Below are positions 28,078 through 37,248 of a stretch of DNA of 64,000 bases, one piece after another. The DNA lies in NCBI GenBank assembly GCA_045863335.1, contig BTVY01000018.1, forward strand, positions 1 through 64,000, in the 5' to 3' direction. The notes below the pieces were generated by a model. That model saw only the letters and a list, made by a program, of their open reading frames with translations, made no database searches and was not told the DNA's origin. Every line of letters starts with the position of its first letter. Positions within the stretch are counted from its first letter, which is position 1. This DNA is from Candidatus Hydrogenedentota bacterium (lineage in GTDB: Bacteria > Hydrogenedentota > Hydrogenedentia > Hydrogenedentales > SLHB01). Made by a program: the position numbers and the translations under genes.

Positions 28078-29436
28078 TCACCGTTTGCGAACGACAACTG
28101 CCGATTCATCCAAAGTCACCTTGCTCGCTCCGCCCCGCACCGATGATTCCGTGATTGAATCTCCGACACGCTTATTGCGAAGTTGGTAGACGCCCTCGAG
28201 TACTAGGCCACGCATTTCCGCAATGTCGCCTAGCAGGTCCTGAACCGGAACGTTTACCCCCTGCAATATCGAGTTTCCCACCACGATTACTCCAATTCCG
28301 CCACGTGTTAGGATTCGCTTCAGGTCTTTGATAAATCGATCGCAGTCATTGAAATAGGACGCCGCATAATTTGCCCAGCCGCGCCCACCGTATTGTCCCT
28401 TTTCCGGGTTCAGAGCACGAATGTCATTAAGGATGTTCTCAAGTACAGGATGGCTAAATGCAAGCGGCACGAAATCCTTGTCTCTCGCCACCTGCCAGAA
28501 CGTTCCAAAATTCTTTTCTTCCAGTGGCTTCTGATCCTTGGGCGACGCAATCAAGTTAAGCCAGTACATTTGCGGACGCGAGTTTCTTACGTAGTGGTAG
28601 TTGTTGAGGTATGGCGGAGATGTAATCATCAGGTTTACCGACCCGGTATCCAGCCGATTGTTTCCGCCAAAAAAATCCTCGTTGTACACCGCACCGGTTC
28701 CGGGCGGCGTTACCTTCGCCTGCGACCGAAGCCACTCTATGTCGAGCCGGATACACGCTAGCTTTTCGAGCAGTGAGCCGGCTACATCCGCGTCCTCGAT
28801 TAGCGGTTTTCCGGCGCCAATCCGAGTGCTCAGAGAAGGTTCATACGTGTAATTCGAAAAAGAAACCATAACTGATCCGAAAGCTATTCGGAAAAGGTCC
28901 CGCACTCGGTCGTCTTCGATTCCCGCGATAAAGTGGAGCGCATGCAACACCTGTTTCTCCACCCGCTCGCCAAAGAACGGAATTCGAGATCGGAATCCCT
29001 GTGGCGCCTCAGTTTTCGTTGCATGTCCGTTCCGCCATGTTCGCGAGTCGTGCCGCATCGCGTCGATTGTGTTCTCAAGTTTCGAGCGATCCACGCGGAG
29101 CGCTTTCAGCTTCGCTTCCGCTGCGAGCGCCGCATACGGGTTAATCTCGAAGCCAACGACCTGATGCCCTCTAATTGCAGATTGAATCAGCGTAGTCCCT
29201 ACGCCAGCGAATGGGTCAAGAATCACTGCTTTCTTTCGTCCGTCAAGGTAAGTTCCAAGAACGGAATCCACAAAAGCTGCTGAGAATCCGGCGATCCACG
29301 GTACCCATCGGTGAACCGGCATAGCTCGGTTTTCCATGAACGCCGGGTCTCGGAACGCAGCCTCGCTCATGCCAGGCTTCGCAGAACGATTGTAGGAAAT
29401 ATCGAGCTGTTCATGCGCCAATTCACAGGACGCCAT
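28078..29436 (-). CDS. Amino-DNA methyltransferase (probably N4-cytosine)
   Basis: HRW.P..AGFS, SAM-binding LDPFAGVGTT before catalytic ITSPPY, VVGNS; 3 bp from the endonuclease gene. Confidence 0.88.
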   Translation of the reverse strand: MASCELAHEQLDISYNRSAKPGMSEAAFRDPAFMENRAMPVHRWVPWIAGFSAAFVDSVLGTYLDGRKKAVILDPFAGVGTTLIQSAIRGHQVVGFEINPYAALAAEAKLKALRVDRSKLENTIDAMRHDSRTWRNGHATKTEAPQGFRSRIPFFGERVEKQVLHALHFIAGIEDDRVRDLFRIAFGSVMVSFSNYTYEPSLSTRIGAGKPLIEDADVAGSLLEKLACIRLDIEWLRSQAKVTPPGTGAVYNEDFFGGNNRLDTGSVNLMITSPPYLNNYHYVRNSRPQMYWLNLIASPKDQKPLEEKNFGTFWQVARDKDFVPLAFSHPVLENILNDIRALNPEKGQYGGRGWANYAASYFNDCDRFIKDLKRILTRGGIGVIVVGNSILQGVNVPVQDLLGDIAEMRGLVLEGVYQLRNKRVGDSITESSVRGGASKVTLDESAVVVRKR

Positions 29437-29663
29437 TGGGACATTCTCCCCTAAAAAGATTCGACCTGATCAGAAATCTTCCCTAGAACCTATATACCGT
29501 ATTGCCGCCGCGCCATTCTACCACGTTTTGTACGTAGGCCGTGACGATGCAATTCTAGCTGGGATCTAACGTTGCTCCAATCTCACGATATGGAGTTTTC
29601 CTATCAGGTTCTGGCCCTGAGTTTTTTCTTTCCAAATTTCTCACATTAGGCTAGAATACGGGT

Positions 29664-29819
29664 TCGTGGCGCTCGCGCCGGCCGGTGGTCGATGACCCCC
29701 GAAGCGCGAGATTGCCGCCCCCAATTGCGGGTCTGCGGTCCTCAGTGGCCGCTTTTGCATCGGGAGGGGAGCAAGAGCGTGAATGCCCGCCGGAATTCCG
29801 GCGGGCATTCGCCTTTTTT
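29664..29819 (+). ncRNA. Candidate structured small RNA (unassigned)
   Basis: TAGAAT -10 box at 29652, three predicted hairpins and a terminator; no plus-strand gene downstream. Confidence 0.35.
29781..29819 (+). terminator. Perfect 30-bp palindrome with a T-tract
   Basis: GAATGCCCGCCGGAATTCCGGCGGGCATTC followed by GCCTTTTTT. Confidence 0.75.
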
Positions 29820-29870
29820 CGGGTGCGAATTGATTGACGCGAGCTATTCCGCGCCGGGTGCAGCGTTGCG

Positions 29871-30482
29871 TCACGCTGGCTTGCCGAACAACGCCTCGTG
29901 GGTCACGCGCACGTGCTCTTCGGGGGTGCGGGACTCCCAGGATTCGAATCGGCTGAAGGTGCCGGGGCCGTGGGGGTAGGGCGCGCCGGCGGGATCGTAG
30001 GGCCCGGCGATGCCTGCCATCCAGCCGTCCTCGGCGGCCCAATGGGGTTCATGGACCCGGTAGCGGAAGACGTAGTACACGGCAGGTTGCTCCGCGGTGG
30101 CGGATGGAGCATCGATGGTCGCCATCAACGCGAGTTCGTCGGGCTGGCTGCCGAGTTCGTTGGGATGGCAAAGCCAAAACGTGAGGTCCGCCCGCGCGAG
30201 ATGTTCCCAGGTCCGGTACTCGTCTGGAAACGCGTCCAACCGTTCGTAGGCTTCCAGTACTTCCCAAAGCACTTTGCAGGTCTCGGTGTTCGCGGCGAAC
30301 CGTTGCAACAGCACCGGGTCCGGCGGATCCCCGTCGGCAAGGGTCTCGCCGAGGGGAGACATCTTCTCCAGGATGCGCTGCCGCTGGCGCGCGCCGGCGC
30401 GGATGGTGGCGATGTAGCGCCAAATCACAAACGCCACGACGAGGATTGCGAGTAGCACAATGGCCATGAGAAGGAACTTCAT
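29871..30482 (-). CDS. Hypothetical protein with an N-terminal membrane anchor
   Basis: ATG 30482 after AAGGGGG; TM helix; C-terminal WL.HPNELG..PD, YYVFRY, GW.AG.AGPY and TFS.F motifs. Confidence 0.75.
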   Translation of the reverse strand: MKFLLMAIVLLAILVVAFVIWRYIATIRAGARQRQRILEKMSPLGETLADGDPPDPVLLQRFAANTETCKVLWEVLEAYERLDAFPDEYRTWEHLARADLTFWLCHPNELGSQPDELALMATIDAPSATAEQPAVYYVFRYRVHEPHWAAEDGWMAGIAGPYDPAGAPYPHGPGTFSRFESWESRTPEEHVRVTHEALFGKPA

Positions 30483-30603
30483 GGCATCCCCCTTCGTGCA
30501 TTCGTTCGACCTCTCGCACCGCAGATGGAGATGGACGGGACGGCATCCATAACTCGACTTCGATTTCGATAACACCCGCGAAACTCAGGAAAAGTCGGTG
30601 GAT

Positions 30604-30984
30604 TCATGCTGATTCGTTCGATTCCGAGTCAGGAGATGGGGCGCTTCCCTCAATCCTCAATAGTTCGATGATCTGCTCGCGGAGATGAGGCACCTTGCTG
30701 ATAACTACGTCCCAGACAATGTCGTAGTCCACTCCAAAGTATCCATGTATCAGGCGGTCCCGCATGCCTCCGATCAGGGTCCACTCGATCCCCGGGTGAC
30801 GCTTTTTCACGTCGGGAGGGACTTTCTTCGATGCCTCCCCAATGATTTCCAAGCTTCGAACGAATGCGCGCATGATGGTAGGATCACTCCGGAAATCTGC
30901 GTCGCGCAGGCCAACCGAGGCCTGCATGAGATAATCGCATTCGTCAAGTATGTGGCGAAGATACTCAAGCGGCGAAAGGGGCAT
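30604..30984 (-). CDS. HEPN (DUF86/HepT-like) RNase toxin
   Basis: YLRHIL, RSLEIIGEA, RDRLIH (RxxxxH) GYFGVD..IVW; ATG 30984 overlaps the MNT gene. Confidence 0.9.
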   Translation of the reverse strand: MPLSPLEYLRHILDECDYLMQASVGLRDADFRSDPTIMRAFVRSLEIIGEASKKVPPDVKKRHPGIEWTLIGGMRDRLIHGYFGVDYDIVWDVVISKVPHLREQIIELLRIEGSAPSPDSESNESA

Positions 30985-31267
30985 ACTCCACCTCATTGAG
31001 TATGTGCGGGCCGATGTGTGGACTGAGCGATTCGGTGGTAACAAGTTCCACGCGGTGCTGGAGCAAGTCTTCCAGAAAGAACGACAGCGCCATGAAACGA
31101 TCGAAGGATTTCTGCCCTCGAGCGAACTCGACAAGCAAATCGATGTCGCTATCCGGCCGTTGGCTCCCTCGCACGTATGACCCGAACAACCCGATTCGCT
31201 GCACCCCAAGTTCACGCATATGGCCATGATTCTCGGCCAAGATTCGCATGATTTCACCTTTAGTCAT
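30965..31267 (-). CDS. Minimal nucleotidyltransferase (MntA-like) antitoxin
   Basis: GLFGSYVRG...DSDIDLLVEF (GS-x10-DxD); about 100 aa; directly upstream of the HEPN gene. Confidence 0.9.
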   Translation of the reverse strand: MTKGEIMRILAENHGHMRELGVQRIGLFGSYVRGSQRPDSDIDLLVEFARGQKSFDRFMALSFFLEDLLQHRVELVTTESLSPHIGPHILNEVEYAPFAA

Positions 31268-31422
31268 CAGACGCGTCCACCACAACTTGTTTACACAGAA
31301 AAGACGACCCACTGCTCCAATACTATCAGATCGGCCCGAAAAATGCCGCAGGCAACCATGATCCCATTCGGTAGATCCGGTACCATAGGGCGCTTTCGTT
31401 TTCACTGAGGTGAGGAGTCCCT

Positions 31423-32859
31423 ATGCAGAATCAACACGGTGGCGCGACCCGTCCGCGCGTTCATTTTTCCGGAATCGGCGGCACGGCCATGGTCGCGGGG
31501 GCGCGGCTTGCCATCGAGGCGGGGTGCGAAGTGCGCGGCAGCGATAATCCCCTCTACCCTCCCACTTCCGACATGGTCAAGGCGCTCGGCGTGCCTGTGG
31601 CGGAGGGGTATGCCGCCGCGAACCTCGATTGGAATCCGGATCGGGTAATTATTGGAAACGCCTTGAGCCGGGGCAATCCGGAAGTGGAAGCGGCGCTGGA
31701 TCGCAAGCTGCATTACATGAGCCTGCCGGAATGGATGAAGGATCACGTGTTGCGCGCGCGACGGCCCGCGGTTATCACGGGGACCCACGGGAAGACCACG
31801 ACCACGGCGTTGACGGCATACCTGCTGAACGCGGCGGGCCTTGATCCGGGTTTTCTGATCGGGGGTCAACCCTTGGATTTCGCTCATTCGGCTCGGCTGG
31901 GCGGTCCCGGCGCGCCTTTTGCCATCGAGGGCGACGAGTACGACACCGCGTTCTTCGACAAACGGGCCAAGTTCTTCCATTATCTTCCGGAGGTTGCCGT
32001 CGTAACGTCGCTCGAGTTTGACCATGGCGACATCTATCGCGACGTGGAGGAGATAGAGGTCGCGTTTCAGCGCATGTTGCGCCAAATTCCCCAGTCGGGG
32101 CTTCTGCTTCTGTGCGCGGATCACCCGCGCGCGTTGGCCCTTGGCGACCACGCGTATTGCCCGGTCGAATCCTATGGTTTCGATCGCAATGCCGACTGGC
32201 GCGGCGAGTCGTCGCCCGGCGGCGATGGTCTCGTGAATTTGACCGTTTACCGTTCAGGGGCAACGTGGGGGCATTTTCGTGTGCCCCTCGCAGGGCGCCA
32301 CAACCTGCAGAACGCGCTTGCGGCCATCGCCGTGGCGGCGCGGTTCGGCGCGAGCCCCTGCACTTTGGCCGACGCCCTACCCGGGTTCAAGGGCGTCCGA
32401 CGGAGAATGGAGGTATTTCACGAGGCGCGAGGCATCACCTTTGTCGATGACTTCGCCCATCATCCGACGGCGATCCGCGAGACCATCGCCGCGGCCCGGA
32501 TGCGCTGGCCAGACCGGCGTCTGCTGGTGCTGTTCGAGCCGCGTTCCAACACGACCGTGACGAACCGGTTTCAAGGCGAGATGCAAGACGCGTTCTCCAG
32601 GGCCGACGCGATCTGGCTGGGCCCCATCCATCGGGCGGAATCCATCCCGGCCGATGTGCGGCTCGACCGGGATGCGCTCGCGGCGGCATTGACCGCATCG
32701 GGGATCCACGCGCGGGCCGCAGCTTCAACTGCTGAGATTGTTGATGATGTTGCAGATAGGACAAAGCCTGGCGACGTGGTGTTGATTCTCAGCAATGGCG
32801 CATTTGGCGGCATCTACAAGGCATTCCGCGAACGATACCAGCAAACGCCAGGGTGGTAG
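31423..32859 (+). CDS. mpl: UDP-N-acetylmuramate:L-alanyl-gamma-D-glutamyl-meso-diaminopimelate ligase
   Basis: GIGGTAM, GSD..YPP, GNALSRGNPEVE, GTHGKTTT, EGDEYDTAFFDK, DDFAHHPTAI, EPRSNT, SNG.FGG. Confidence 0.93.
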   Translation: MQNQHGGATRPRVHFSGIGGTAMVAGARLAIEAGCEVRGSDNPLYPPTSDMVKALGVPVAEGYAAANLDWNPDRVIIGNALSRGNPEVEAALDRKLHYMSLPEWMKDHVLRARRPAVITGTHGKTTTTALTAYLLNAAGLDPGFLIGGQPLDFAHSARLGGPGAPFAIEGDEYDTAFFDKRAKFFHYLPEVAVVTSLEFDHGDIYRDVEEIEVAFQRMLRQIPQSGLLLLCADHPRALALGDHAYCPVESYGFDRNADWRGESSPGGDGLVNLTVYRSGATWGHFRVPLAGRHNLQNALAAIAVAARFGASPCTLADALPGFKGVRRRMEVFHEARGITFVDDFAHHPTAIRETIAAARMRWPDRRLLVLFEPRSNTTVTNRFQGEMQDAFSRADAIWLGPIHRAESIPADVRLDRDALAAALTASGIHARAAASTAEIVDDVADRTKPGDVVLILSNGAFGGIYKAFRERYQQTPGW

Positions 32860-32981
32860 TGCGGGCGATTGAAGATTTGCTATACTCCGCGCCATGTGCA
32901 CGTTGCGTTGTACACGGGTGTACCAGCGACGCCGCCGTGCCCCGGCCGTTCACGCCGGGTACAAGATAGGAGACTGTTGCG

Positions 32982-33758
32982 ATGCGTTTGATTCAGGTTT
33001 TTTCCGTTATCGGTTTAATGGCTTTGGCGGTCGCAGGCGTGGGATGTTCCCCGGGCGCCCCGGCGCCGTCCGATTCAGGCGAGGTGACGGTTCCTCCGCC
33101 TCCTCCGCCGATCCCGCCGACCCCGGCAGTCGATCCTGCGCCTCAACTACCGACACCGGCTCCAGCACCGGCTCAGTCCCCCACCACTCCGGCGCCGGCA
33201 CCTGCCATGACGCCTGTTAAGGAGAAGCCGGCGAATCTCATCGCAAACGCGAGCTTTGTAACCTGGGACGAAGGCCAACACGTTCCTCGTCATTGGACGA
33301 TGGGGTTCGGGTTCAACCTTGATGACATGCCTTTCGAGTTGGAACCCATCGAGGACCCCACCTACGACGACGGTCACGCGGTCCGACAAACCTGGCTCGC
33401 GAGCGACGAGGCATTGGCGTTCCAGCGTGTATTCGGCCAGACGATTGAAGGGCTCGAACCAAACACGGGCTACCGCCTGGACGTCGTTGCCCACAACGAA
33501 TCCAAGAACGTCATCATTATCTCCGCGTTCGAAATGGAGGACTACGAAACTGGGCGGGTCGGATCTGGAACGGCGGCGGAGCGGCTCAACCTCGAGGCCG
33601 CCGTAATCACGCCGAGCACAGGACTGGTTACCTACACGGGTTCATTTATTACGAACGAGTCGGGAACCGTGAAGCTTGGGGCGCGTGTGCGGGGTGAGGA
33701 TCCCGAGTTGCCATGCTCCGTCATTTGGGACAGTTGGACGCTTCGGGCTGTAGATTAG
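32982..33758 (+). CDS. Lipoprotein with a Pro-rich linker and a carbohydrate-binding-like beta domain
   Basis: GVGC lipobox-like site, poly-Pro/PA linker, NLIANASF...W start of a CBM-like domain. Confidence 0.7.
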   Translation: MRLIQVFSVIGLMALAVAGVGCSPGAPAPSDSGEVTVPPPPPPIPPTPAVDPAPQLPTPAPAPAQSPTTPAPAPAMTPVKEKPANLIANASFVTWDEGQHVPRHWTMGFGFNLDDMPFELEPIEDPTYDDGHAVRQTWLASDEALAFQRVFGQTIEGLEPNTGYRLDVVAHNESKNVIIISAFEMEDYETGRVGSGTAAERLNLEAAVITPSTGLVTYTGSFITNESGTVKLGARVRGEDPELPCSVIWDSWTLRAVD

Positions 33759-33779
33759 GCACGGAGATCAGAAAAGCCG

Positions 33780-33821
33780 AAATCCGCATGGCGCTTCACA
33801 GCGTCATGCGGGTTTTTCTTT
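33780..33821 (+). terminator. Rho-independent terminator
   Basis: AAATCCGCATGGCGCT-tcac-AGCGTCATGCGGGTTT followed by TTCTTT. Confidence 0.75.
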
Positions 33822-34035
33822 GTGTGCTTCGAGTCAGGGGAACTGATGGCGAGATATGGTTCCCGTGGGCAAGCGCCGTTCTTAACGATCCATGGGGGAA
33901 CACCTTAGGCCAGATGTCCGCCTTTTGTCTAACTTCCGTCGAAGCGCCTTGATTTCTGAGCGGAAGTTGCGCTAGCGTGGAAGTGCCTTCTGTTACCATT
34001 GCCCAGTAACCAGTGCCGGTGAACTCCATTTGGGA

Positions 34036-34446
34036 ATGCTTATCATGCTCGGAGAAGAATACGCCATTCTCAATTTCGACCGCGTGTTGAATTATGCCGT
34101 ACGCGTGTCGGACCGCTATCAACGCAGGCTTTCCTTGGTGATGCTCGGCGGAGACGATCAGGGTTCCGATCTGACCTGTCTGTTGACGCCTCATCTCCGC
34201 CGGAGCGACGAACTCCTCGAATTCCGGGATTGCGCGGCTGTGTTGATGAGCGAAACGGGTGGAGACGGAGCGATGCGGGCCGTGCAGCGCTTCAAGGCGC
34301 GCTGCTCGGATCGGCCGGACGTTCGTTACGCGATAGCGACGTTTCCTGAAGACGGGGAGGCGGCAAGCAAGCTGTTTATCAGCGCGCGGCGCCGGTTGGA
34401 TGCTGCTCGCGATCAGGGTCCGGGCGCGGTCGTCGCCACGGGTTGA
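34036..34446 (+). CDS. Stand-alone degenerate GGDEF-like domain protein
   Basis: RY.R.LSLVML, LRRSD, VLMSET...GA, IATFPEDG...L...A...L..A...G follow the GGDEF fold, but the GG(D/E)EF motif is absent. Confidence 0.65.
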   Translation: MLIMLGEEYAILNFDRVLNYAVRVSDRYQRRLSLVMLGGDDQGSDLTCLLTPHLRRSDELLEFRDCAAVLMSETGGDGAMRAVQRFKARCSDRPDVRYAIATFPEDGEAASKLFISARRRLDAARDQGPGAVVATG

Positions 34447-34451
34447 TCGCG

Positions 34452-34480
34452 AAAGGGGCCGCCCCGGTGGAGCGGCCCCC
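34452..34480 (-). terminator. Hairpin between convergent genes
   Basis: GGGGCCGC-N9-GCGGCCCC with a short U-tract on the minus strand. Confidence 0.5.
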
Positions 34481-34512
34481 AGTGCGAAATGGCGCTTGAC
34501 GAGACCGGCTGC

Positions 34513-34935
34513 CTAAGCCTCGCTCGTACCCACAATCCGCCAGACGCCGTCTTCCTTCTTGAGCGCCAGCTTGAGATACATGGAGCCCGCGCTGCTAGAC
34601 AGTGTCACCGGCCCGACGGTCGCGTCTTCACTGTTGATAGTGACCTGCGCCGATTCCATGTCCACCATGAGGCTATCCAGATACCCCATGCTGACAGCCT
34701 CCTTGATGAAGGCGTGCATCTCTGCCTTGCCGCGGCCTTCGCCGTCGCGGAAATCTTCCGAGTAAACCGTGATGACTTTGTCCGCGTCCTTGGCGACCAA
34801 TCCGGATTGCCACTCGTTCATGGTGTTCATGATGAGGTCGCGGTCACTCGGACCTTTCGCCCCCATCGCGCACCCGGCTCCAACGAGTACGACCAAGACC
34901 ATACACAAGCCCGAAAGCATTATCTTTGTATTCAC
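34513..34935 (-). CDS. NTF2-like (SnoaL/DUF4440) lipoprotein
   Basis: GTG 34935 after AAAGGGGG; GAGC lipobox; YSEDF and LKKEDGVWRIV. Confidence 0.75.
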   Translation of the reverse strand: MNTKIMLSGLCMVLVVLVGAGCAMGAKGPSDRDLIMNTMNEWQSGLVAKDADKVITVYSEDFRDGEGRGKAEMHAFIKEAVSMGYLDSLMVDMESAQVTINSEDATVGPVTLSSSAGSMYLKLALKKEDGVWRIVGTSEA

Positions 34936-35121
34936 AGAAAACCCCCTTTCCCTTATCAAACACACGGCCGGCGGGGACGGTCCGTCCGCCCCCCGGAGCG
35001 ATAATAGATTCTCGGAGGATACCCGTTCAACCACCAGTACGAATTCGCACCGGGCCGCGTGGTATACTCGGGATTCACCCAAAGACCTGCAATCGCAACA
35101 ATACCTGAGGAATGCTGAAAC

Positions 35122-37239
35122 ATGCGTGATAGGTTGCATCTAGTGAGTGTGGAATTGCTTTGTGTCGCGGCGCTGATCGCAACGCTCGCCGCTGCCGGAT
35201 GTGGCACCGAACAACCGGATGCGGGGCCGCCGCCGGCCACAGAAGACACTGCACGTCCCGCTGACGCGCCCGATTCATCCTCCACGCCGAATGGAGAATC
35301 CGCTGACGCGCGTGGCGGCGCTCCAACGCGCTCAAACGCGACCATCGACCCCAAGGGCCGTGTCATTATCCTCGGATTCGATGGTGTAGAACCCAGTATC
35401 GTCGAATCCATGATGGCCTCCGGCGAACTTCCAAACCTGGCCAAGGTTAGGGAGGGCGGCACGTTCAAACCATTAAGCACCGCGAACCCTCCTCAGTCGC
35501 CGACGGCATGGTCGTCGTTCACCACCTGCAAATCGCCGGGAAACCACGGGGTTTACGATTTCCTGCGGCGCACGGCTTCCAACTACCTGCCGGGTGTGGG
35601 TTTTGGTAGTGCGCAACACGCGACTCTGAGCGCAGACGGTTCGCTGCAGCAGCCGGCGACGTTCGAGAGCATTCGGAAAGGCGACTCGTTCTGGCTGGCC
35701 GCAGACCGCCAAGGCGCGCGCTGCAAACTACTGGTCGTACCGTTTGCGTTTCCGGCCGAGGACCTGAGCCAGGGCTGCATGCTCTGCGGTCTGGGCGTAC
35801 CCGACTTGCGCGGGACAACGAGCACGTTTTATTCCTTTTCCGACGAGTACACCAAGGAGGAGAGTGTCTCCGGCGGTATCCAGTTTCCGCTCGATTTTGA
35901 TGGCGACAGTGCGAAGGTGACCGTTCCTGGAGCGCGGAATCCGCTCGTACGCCGTTCGTCCGAGCCGGGCGCGTATACGGAGGCGGAGTTGACGTTCACC
36001 GTGGATCGCGATGCGCGGTCCGTCGAGATTGCCCTCCCTTCCGAAACGGTGACAGTAAAAGAAGGCGAATGGACGAAGTGGGTCGAGTGGACGTTTGAGG
36101 TTACCCCGAAGTTTACCGTAAAGGCCATTAGCCGGTTCTACGTCTTGCAGGCGGGCGAACACGTGAAGGTCTACATGGCGTGCCTTCAGTTCGATCCGCG
36201 AAATCCTTATATGCGCATGAGTACGCCTCCTAGCTACTCCGGCGAAATCGCGGATCGGTTCGGCCTCTACAAGACCATCGGCTGGATCTATGACACCCAC
36301 GCGCTGCGGCAGGATGCGTTGATGGAAGATACGTTCCTGGAGGACGCAGAGCAGACTATGGCCTTCCGCGAGAAGGTCGCGCTGGACGAACTGGACCGCG
36401 GCGAGTTCGACATGCTGGTCGCAGCATGGACCGCCACGGATCGCGTCGCCCACCTGTTCTGGCGATTCCGCGATCCGAAGCATCCGCTGTATACCGAAGA
36501 AGGGGCCAGGAAATACGGGCGCGCGGTCGAAGACACCTACGTTCGTATGGATCAGATCGTCGGCAAAGTTATGGAGCGGATGCAGGATGACGACCTGTTG
36601 ATGATTATGTCCGACCACGGGTTCCACAGTTTTCGAACGGGTTTCAACGTGAATACCTGGCTCATTCGCAATGGATATCTTGCGGTCAAGGGTCAGACCG
36701 ACGCCGCCACCGCGGTGAATAATGAAGCCTATCTGCAGGGCTACGATTGGGCGAATTCCAAAGCCTACAGCCTGGGACTGGGCAGCATCTTTCTCAACCT
36801 GAAAGGCCGCGAGGGACAGGGCACGGTCGATCCCGCCGAGGCGGACGCCCTAATCGAGGAGATTCGGCAGAAACTCCTCGCGGTGACCAATCCCGATACG
36901 GGAGACAAGGTCTTCAGCGCCATCTATACGCGCGCGGAGTACGAGGGCGTTGCTTCGGAGGACGCACCGGACATTCAGTTGGGGTATGCGGAGGGTTTCC
37001 AGTCCACTAAGGACACCGTCAAAGGCTCCGCGCCGGCCGGGCTGTTTGAGCCGAATACGGACAAGTGGAGCGGCGAACACGCGAGTTCGGACGTGGCGTT
37101 AACGCCGGGCATTTTCTTCTCGAACCGAAGCATCGGGGACGCGGAGCCGCATATCGTGGACCTTGGCGTCACGGCGCTCCACTATCTTGGCGCGGAGGTG
37201 CCGAGCGACTTCGAAGGGAAGAATCTGCTCGCGGAGTAA
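35122..37239 (+). CDS. Alkaline phosphatase superfamily type I phosphodiesterase/nucleotide pyrophosphatase lipoprotein
   Basis: AAGC lipobox; ILGFDG, PPQSPTAWSSF, TDRVAH, MSDHGF, WSGEH. Confidence 0.88.
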   Translation: MRDRLHLVSVELLCVAALIATLAAAGCGTEQPDAGPPPATEDTARPADAPDSSSTPNGESADARGGAPTRSNATIDPKGRVIILGFDGVEPSIVESMMASGELPNLAKVREGGTFKPLSTANPPQSPTAWSSFTTCKSPGNHGVYDFLRRTASNYLPGVGFGSAQHATLSADGSLQQPATFESIRKGDSFWLAADRQGARCKLLVVPFAFPAEDLSQGCMLCGLGVPDLRGTTSTFYSFSDEYTKEESVSGGIQFPLDFDGDSAKVTVPGARNPLVRRSSEPGAYTEAELTFTVDRDARSVEIALPSETVTVKEGEWTKWVEWTFEVTPKFTVKAISRFYVLQAGEHVKVYMACLQFDPRNPYMRMSTPPSYSGEIADRFGLYKTIGWIYDTHALRQDALMEDTFLEDAEQTMAFREKVALDELDRGEFDMLVAAWTATDRVAHLFWRFRDPKHPLYTEEGARKYGRAVEDTYVRMDQIVGKVMERMQDDDLLMIMSDHGFHSFRTGFNVNTWLIRNGYLAVKGQTDAATAVNNEAYLQGYDWANSKAYSLGLGSIFLNLKGREGQGTVDPAEADALIEEIRQKLLAVTNPDTGDKVFSAIYTRAEYEGVASEDAPDIQLGYAEGFQSTKDTVKGSAPAGLFEPNTDKWSGEHASSDVALTPGIFFSNRSIGDAEPHIVDLGVTALHYLGAEVPSDFEGKNLLAE

Positions 37240-37248
37240 GGCGCTGCA

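Noticed and set aside
30985-31257. Apparent 217-aa HEPN protein with a long N-terminal extension
   Set aside because: The extension is an alternate frame over the MNT gene; the HEPN domain starts at ATG 30984, a standard overlapping TA arrangement.
33090-33215. Pro/Ala-rich repetitive stretch
   Set aside because: An ordinary low-complexity lipoprotein linker with no DNA-level periodic unit.
33830-34030. Possible c-di-GMP riboswitch upstream of the degenerate GGDEF gene
   Set aside because: Some pairing exists (AACTTCCG/CGGAAGTT), but the GGCAAAC...GAAA...GACGCAAAGC class I signature is absent.
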